From assembly GCF_988243305.1 (NCBI RefSeq), contig NZ_OZ547138.1: a stretch of 64,000 nucleotides of DNA. One strand, 5' to 3'. The notes beneath the pieces are model-generated. The model had not been told where the DNA came from, made no database searches, and saw nothing but the letters and a program-made list of their open reading frames with translations. Positions 59,249 to 64,000 of this stretch are shown piece after piece. How positions within the stretch are numbered: position 1 is the first letter of the stretch; each line of letters opens with the position of its first letter. This DNA is from a plasmid. Both the position numbers and the translations under genes were made by a program.

Positions 59249-59449
59249 TTTATGCAACAAAGTATCGCAGCGTCGAATATGAGCTATGGCCAGATTTTTG
59301 TTAATCGTGGTTGTTGCAACATGTAAGGCGAATGACCACACTATTCTGGCACGCTCGTAATCATGCTGAAATTCTGCTTCCTGTCCTGCCGTGATGAGTT
59401 CCGACCAGGACATACGGCGAAGTGTATGTCTGTCAGTAATATCCGTCAT
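59198..59449 (-). CDS. Small hypothetical protein (fourth gene of a coupled four-gene cluster)
   Basis: 83 aa; start overlaps the upstream gene stop by 4 nt. Confidence 0.35.
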   Translation of the reverse strand: MTDITDRHTLRRMSWSELITAGQEAEFQHDYERARIVWSFALHVATTTINKNLAIAHIRRCDTLLHKSKAVPGNNPCGSGQRV

Positions 59450-59661
59450 GAGCTCTCAGCCTCCTCCTTCGTATTTCCGTCAGAAACACAAACGCCCCGC
59501 AGAGAAAATTCGCCAACATTCTCCTTTTTAATGGCGCGCAATGCATCGCGGCAGGCCCGTTCGGTATGAAAGGCCTGGCTGTGCACCGCCAGTGTGGGCT
59601 GACGGGCATCACCGGAAGAGACATTAAAGGGCGATGAAAGCCAGAAAATCAGTAGCCACAT
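59446..59661 (-). CDS. Small hypothetical protein with N-terminal hydrophobic segment (third gene)
   Basis: 71 aa; MWLLIFWLSSPF signal-like N-terminus. Confidence 0.35.
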   Translation of the reverse strand: MWLLIFWLSSPFNVSSGDARQPTLAVHSQAFHTERACRDALRAIKKENVGEFSLRGVCVSDGNTKEEAESS

Positions 59662-59664
59662 GCG

Positions 59665-60048
59665 TCACACCTCGTCCTTTTTATGCGGGTATCTGGACAG
59701 AATATTGAGCGCCTGTAATGGCGCTTCATGCATTTCACGGATACAACGGGCATCGGTGATATTTTCCCGGTAATGTGTGGTTTCCAGCATCATATGATGC
59801 ATATGGAGCATCCGGGCCAGGGCTGCGCGGAGTTCTTCAATATGTTGTTCATGGGAATGCTGGCGGGGCTGTATCCGGCAGAGAGGGATAACCTCCACAT
59901 CATCCGGGTGCGCGCGAAGCCACGCGTCAGTGACTGCAATGTCGTCAGTGTAAAACCATGTGCCGGATGTCCCGTTGGCCAGAAAACGCATTTTCCAGGT
60001 TTCTGGGGTGGCGGTTGTGTTGTTATCTTTCATGGTGCCACCACTCAT
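59665..60048 (-). CDS. Hypothetical protein (second gene)
   Basis: 127 aa; start overlaps the upstream gene stop. Confidence 0.4.
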   Translation of the reverse strand: MSGGTMKDNNTTATPETWKMRFLANGTSGTWFYTDDIAVTDAWLRAHPDDVEVIPLCRIQPRQHSHEQHIEELRAALARMLHMHHMMLETTHYRENITDARCIREMHEAPLQALNILSRYPHKKDEV

Positions 60049-60236
60049 TCAACAGGCTTAATGCTGTCCAGGCGCAGTCTGCTCAGACTGTCGTGGCTGC
60101 CACAGCGGCGTCCAGTGCTTTTGCTGTAGCACTCCTGCCCCCTGATACACCATGCCGTTGGCGTTTCGTAGAGGCTGACACGTCGGGTTTTATCTTTAAT
60201 GATGAGAAGCCCGGTGTGAGTTTTTGTCTTTTTCAT
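60045..60236 (-). CDS. Small hypothetical protein (first gene)
   Basis: 63 aa. Confidence 0.3.
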   Translation of the reverse strand: MKKTKTHTGLLIIKDKTRRVSLYETPTAWCIRGQECYSKSTGRRCGSHDSLSRLRLDSIKPVE

Positions 60237-60323
60237 CGGTGGGGTACAAACGCAGAAATTTTGTTGTCATCAGTTTTTGCCTGCAGAGGCCTGAAAAGAC
60301 AGCGTTTTCAGGCCCTGTTCAGG

Positions 60324-60566
60324 TTAGTGAATATTCTTGCCTGGCTTTTCGGCAATATCAATCCCCTGAAGTTGCATGGATATCCCATGCCCATTGAGCA
60401 TCTGGCTGTCCATGGAATGGATACCGCATGTCATCATCAGGTTGTAACAAAGCGTACTCAGCATGGTGAGCGCCTCTTCTGAGGATTTACAATGTGTATT
60501 CATAAGGGCCAGAAACTGCTCAACAACATCCGGGTTAATGCTGGTACTGTGTATTTCATCCTTCAT
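60324..60566 (-). CDS. Small hypothetical protein (start taken at MKDEIHST)
   Basis: 80 aa from an internal ATG with a weak RBS; the longer ORF extends to 60644. Confidence 0.35.
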   Translation of the reverse strand: MKDEIHSTSINPDVVEQFLALMNTHCKSSEEALTMLSTLCYNLMMTCGIHSMDSQMLNGHGISMQLQGIDIAEKPGKNIH

Positions 60567-60747
60567 GATGTGTCCTTGTTTTTTATTATTTTGCATTTCA
60601 GAAAATAACACGATGCCTGCAGCCCGGAAAACAGATGTGTGCACACGTAGTCACTTTCCGGCTTTATTTCTGTCCCTGACACAAAATACGTGGTGGCATG
60701 AAAAGGATTGTGGCGGACAGGAAAACGATTAGAATAGCGGCGGGCGC

Positions 60748-61041
60748 TTGAGGCTGTATGCCGAAAGCGTTTTGTGGACGGCATGTAGCAGAAAGCCCCA
60801 GGCGATTTTTTTATCAATCAACCCAGGGCCCACTGTAATGCCTAGACAACATTATAGTAGCCCGATGACGGCCGAAAGGCAATGGAGGGGCTGCGATGCC
60901 ACAACGAACGTTTTTAATGATGTTAATCGTCGTCTGTGTGACGATACTGTGTTTTGTCTGGATGGTGAGGGATTCGCTTTGCGGATTTCGTATCGAGCAG
61001 GGAAATACGGTGTTTGTGGCAACGTTAGCCTACGAAGTTAA
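60748..61041 (+). CDS. pndC: Candidate PndC (mok-like frame overlapping pndA; true start uncertain)
   Basis: ORF overlapping pndA in another frame, as in hok/mok-type loci. Confidence 0.35.
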   Translation: MRLYAESVLWTACSRKPQAIFLSINPGPTVMPRQHYSSPMTAERQWRGCDATTNVFNDVNRRLCDDTVFCLDGEGFALRISYRAGKYGVCGNVSLRS

Positions 61042-61048
61042 ACGTTAA
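60896..61048 (+). CDS. pndA: Hok-family type I toxin PndA
   Basis: 50 aa MPQRTFLMMLIVVCVTILCFVWMVRDSLCGFRIEQGNTVFVATLAYEVKR, GGAGG RBS. Confidence 0.85.
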   Translation: MPQRTFLMMLIVVCVTILCFVWMVRDSLCGFRIEQGNTVFVATLAYEVKR

Positions 61049-61185
61049 CGGGCAACACGGCGGCAGGACATCTGCCGCCGGATTGTTGCGAAGGCTGACC
61101 TCAATGCGCCTTGTTTGTCTTTTTTACCGGACGACTGCTGGATGCTGCTGTCCGGCAGCTATTATTTTTTCCGTCCTGTGCGTCA

Positions 61186-62772
61186 TCAATTATGACAGTC
61201 GCTCTCATTTGGTTGTCTCTGGTTAGATGTATTATTAGATATTTTCGGGGTAATTCGATAAAAGTTATCCACTTCAGCACCAGACTGAATGATATATGCA
61301 ATAAGATCTAAACGATGAATCTCGTATCGTGTACGTAACTCCATCATTTCACGCCATGCTAAAATCCTTGATGTTTTCAGTTCAGCCTCTATAAGTTTCC
61401 ATGTGTTTGTTGAGATGGCATGTTCTTCCAGCTGACGTAACGAGAACCTATCACTAATGACCAACCATCCCCATCCTCGAGTATGTGCCCATTTGCGACC
61501 TGCATTACTTTTTATTCTCGTGAGACTCAAGGTCATTCGGTCTGTTGGCTTCACTTCCATAAGTAGGCACCGACCATCAACTGTCGCAATGAGTAAATCT
61601 GGATAGTATTTTTTTGATTTGTTTTTAAAACAATATGGAATAGAAAATGGTTGTTCTTGATAGAAAAGAACCTGATCGCAACATTCTAATAGATTCATTA
61701 TTTTAAACTCAAGCCCTGATTCGTACTGGACTGTACGACCTAATTTTTGAGAGTAAAAGAATCCAGATATGTCAGTATCATTAACCGCTCTCTGTGAACA
61801 TAGCTGTTCTACGGGGGGAGGAGGTGCGATATATTTTGGCCAATGTGTATTGTCTAGCCATTTACTGAATATGAACTCAACTCTTTCTTTCTTGATTCGG
61901 GCTCTTTCCTGAGCGTGAGCGTGTGCTAATTCTGCTCTTCGTTCACGTAACTTCTGCTTTTGTAATTGTGATATTAATGAGAGCGAATTTTTTATTTCAT
62001 CTCGTCTTGCTTTAGGAATGCCTGCGGCAAAAATGATGAATTTGGCGGCTAACTCAGAGGATGTAACGAAATCCCGATGAACAATACGATAAATCCATAC
62101 TGCTATATCATATGGTGAATTACCTATTGAGTTAATAAGGGCTTTAAGGCAAGCTCCAGGTGTCCCTTCATAGCGAGATTTAGCAGCTAGTAAGCCAAGG
62201 GCTCGTTCCTGAAGTTGTCTTACCCTTTCACGGGAAATTCCTAATTTGACGGCAATATCTGCCAGAGAATGAGGTGAATCATCTGTGCCGAGTCGCATTA
62301 GAAGAATATATTGATGTCGTTTATTAGATAAACTTTCGATAGCAGAATGAATTAGCATAATGACATCATGTTCATCGGCTATATAATCTTTAAAATCTGT
62401 ATTGGGTTGGCAGAGGGGGAGTGGGGTATTTTGTTTAAAACTATTCTTTTGTATTTCAACTTTATCATGAGCAATTGTTTTTGCAGTGCTCAATGATATT
62501 AAATTATTGATGATACTATTGTGTTCTTGGCGAGGAATCTTGTTGAAGTAATTGCTGAGATCATTCACCGTGTTTATATCGTTGAACTCAAGAAACTCAG
62601 AAGGAAGCAGGCGTTTGATTGCTCCACGTATTCCCCCGGACGATCGTTGATGTGTTTGAGTAAGTTTTTTTAGCGAGACGCCCTCCGCTATGGATACGAG
62701 AAGACGCTGTAACTCTTCAGTATTCCATGGAGTACCATGTCGTGCTGGAAAATTGCTGCGGGATTCAGACAT
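61186..62772 (-). CDS. Hypothetical protein combining a sigma-70 region-4-like HTH with a C-terminal PD-(D/E)xK (TnsA-like) nuclease-fold domain
   Basis: 528 aa; middle segment LADIAVKLGISRERVRQLQERALGLL; C-terminal YESGLEFK...YPDLLIATVDGRCLLMEVKP resembles the E...D...EVK catalytic arrangement of TnsA-like endonucleases. Confidence 0.5.
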   Translation of the reverse strand: MSESRSNFPARHGTPWNTEELQRLLVSIAEGVSLKKLTQTHQRSSGGIRGAIKRLLPSEFLEFNDINTVNDLSNYFNKIPRQEHNSIINNLISLSTAKTIAHDKVEIQKNSFKQNTPLPLCQPNTDFKDYIADEHDVIMLIHSAIESLSNKRHQYILLMRLGTDDSPHSLADIAVKLGISRERVRQLQERALGLLAAKSRYEGTPGACLKALINSIGNSPYDIAVWIYRIVHRDFVTSSELAAKFIIFAAGIPKARRDEIKNSLSLISQLQKQKLRERRAELAHAHAQERARIKKERVEFIFSKWLDNTHWPKYIAPPPPVEQLCSQRAVNDTDISGFFYSQKLGRTVQYESGLEFKIMNLLECCDQVLFYQEQPFSIPYCFKNKSKKYYPDLLIATVDGRCLLMEVKPTDRMTLSLTRIKSNAGRKWAHTRGWGWLVISDRFSLRQLEEHAISTNTWKLIEAELKTSRILAWREMMELRTRYEIHRLDLIAYIIQSGAEVDNFYRITPKISNNTSNQRQPNESDCHN

Positions 62773-63045
62773 GATTTTATCTTTATGTTTTCTAGGTACT
62801 GCCTTGAGTGTGTGGTTATGATAATTATTTATAATGATATTGTTATCTTTTATAGATAACTGATATGCAGAATTGTATTGATTTTGTCTACAGTGGGCAA
62901 GACAGTGCTAAGAATTTGTGGGGAAAACATAGAGACTCCATGCGGCGTCCTGAGATAGACGGCAGACAGGCATTCTGCCTGAAAAGAAAAAGCCGGTTCA
63001 GAGAAAACCGGCTGACGGATTATCGTCTAACAGTTGATAGCTACC

Positions 63046-63693
63046 TCAAAATACTTCTGCAACAGGAACACCGGCAACTTTTTCCCACTCTTTAACCCGA
63101 TACCGGATCATCTGTGGGAAACGTTCCTTGTACTCATATCCACGTGCAGCCATGGTGTGCATGGTGTTGGCCAGCGTCCTTGATGAGATGCCGGAGATTT
63201 CCAGTGGGATCATCGGCAGACTCACATATGTAGTGTGGATTTCCAGCTTGCCGTCTTCAGCAACCGTGCGGGTAAAGTTGTGAATATCCAGACCAATCAC
63301 ATCCATCACATTGTTCGGATAAATGCGCACATACAGCATGGTGCCGTTTTTAATGTCGATCCCGAAATAACAACTCTTCGAGAATGACAGTTGCTCATAA
63401 TCGCTGGTTGGAGCAAAGTGACAGCTTTCTTTTATCTGCTGAACAACCTGCTGGACTTTCTTTTTTTTCGCTCTGGTTCTCAGATATAGCCAGAGTAATG
63501 GGAGAATTATTAATGCCCAGCATCCATATGCAAAAATAAAATCCATTGTTTGAGATAAGGCTGAATCATGAACAATTAGTGTTCCGAAAAAAGCATAAAA
63601 TAATAAGCATGGTATGCCAAATATGAAATACGCATTGCGAACAAGGTAATAATATGGCCACCAGGAAGGATATCTGCTTTTTGTTGTACTCAT
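63046..63693 (-). CDS. Inner-membrane protein (two N-terminal TM helices plus soluble domain); possible entry-exclusion (ExcA-like) protein
   Basis: 215 aa; sits directly downstream of a partial gene that may be a traY-like transfer gene; exclusion assignment is positional only. Confidence 0.4.
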   Translation of the reverse strand: MSTTKSRYPSWWPYYYLVRNAYFIFGIPCLLFYAFFGTLIVHDSALSQTMDFIFAYGCWALIILPLLWLYLRTRAKKKKVQQVVQQIKESCHFAPTSDYEQLSFSKSCYFGIDIKNGTMLYVRIYPNNVMDVIGLDIHNFTRTVAEDGKLEIHTTYVSLPMIPLEISGISSRTLANTMHTMAARGYEYKERFPQMIRYRVKEWEKVAGVPVAEVF

Positions 63694-63780
63694 AATAAAC
63701 CCCCATATTCACCTGAATATATTTTAATCTCTTCAGGTGAATATGGCAATAGTGTTTTATTGGTTTTTCGATATTTTTAT

Positions 63781-64000
63781 TTATTGTTTTATTCCGTCTT
63801 TATCATCTCCATTAACATTTTTCAGTTTTTCTTCACGAACGCCAGGTGTTCTGCGCATATTGGTATTACCTCCGGCAATAATATCTTTGACTGAAGAAAC
63901 CATATTCCCCAGCATATTAACACCGTCACGTCCGCCCAGAAAATTAATTACATGGTCAGGCAGATAAGCCTGAAGCGCAAAAACGGCTGCAACCAGTGTG
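63781..64000 (-). CDS. 3' end of a gene running off the window (C-terminus ...KDIIAGGNTNMRRTPGVREEKLKNVNGDDKDGIKQ); possibly a conjugal transfer gene
   Basis: Open minus-strand frame from the window edge to stop TAA at 63781-63783; partial, absent from the ORF track. Confidence 0.4.
   Translation of the reverse strand, partial: TLVAAVFALQAYLPDHVINFLGGRDGVNMLGNMVSSVKDIIAGGNTNMRRTPGVREEKLKNVNGDDKDGIKQ

Overview
This window reads as a segment of an IncI-complex conjugative plasmid (IncI1/B/O/K-like) carrying a large antibiotic-resistance island. Backbone, left to right: a ParA/ParG-like partition cassette flanked by 8-bp centromere-like repeats; the impCAB (UmuDC-like) operon with a LexA box; a classic leading region (orphan adenine methyltransferase, klcA, ssb, ParB-like nuclease protein, psiB-psiA, ardA and several unknown ORFs) punctuated by five copies of two families of structured GC-rich repeats of the ssi/Frpo single-strand-promoter type; an Rpn-family nuclease gene; oriT with nikA-nikB. 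A ~27-kb mosaic island (about 24.0-50.7 kb) follows: truncated integrase, IS26, mph(A)-mrx-mphR(A), IS6100, padR-chrA, orf5 remnant, sul1, qacEdelta1, aadA5, dfrA17, intI1, Tn21 tnpM-res-tnpR-tnpA, Tn1721-type IR, tetR(A)-tet(A)-pecM, a second IS26, an mcp fragment, strA-strB, ISCR2, glmM remnant and sul2. The backbone resumes with trbC-trbB-trbA, nuc, pndCA and unknown genes. The most interesting unexplained signals are (1) two tandem, specificity-diverged modules that look like DinQ/TisB-type type I toxin-antitoxin loci, (2) an Rpn nuclease followed by a separately encoded copy of its own C-terminal domain, (3) unknown ORFs sitting directly behind ssi-like elements in the leading region, and (4) a sigma-region-4 HTH / PD-(D/E)xK nuclease fusion protein next to a membrane protein. 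All assignments rest on reading the supplied translations and sequence by eye; no database search was run.
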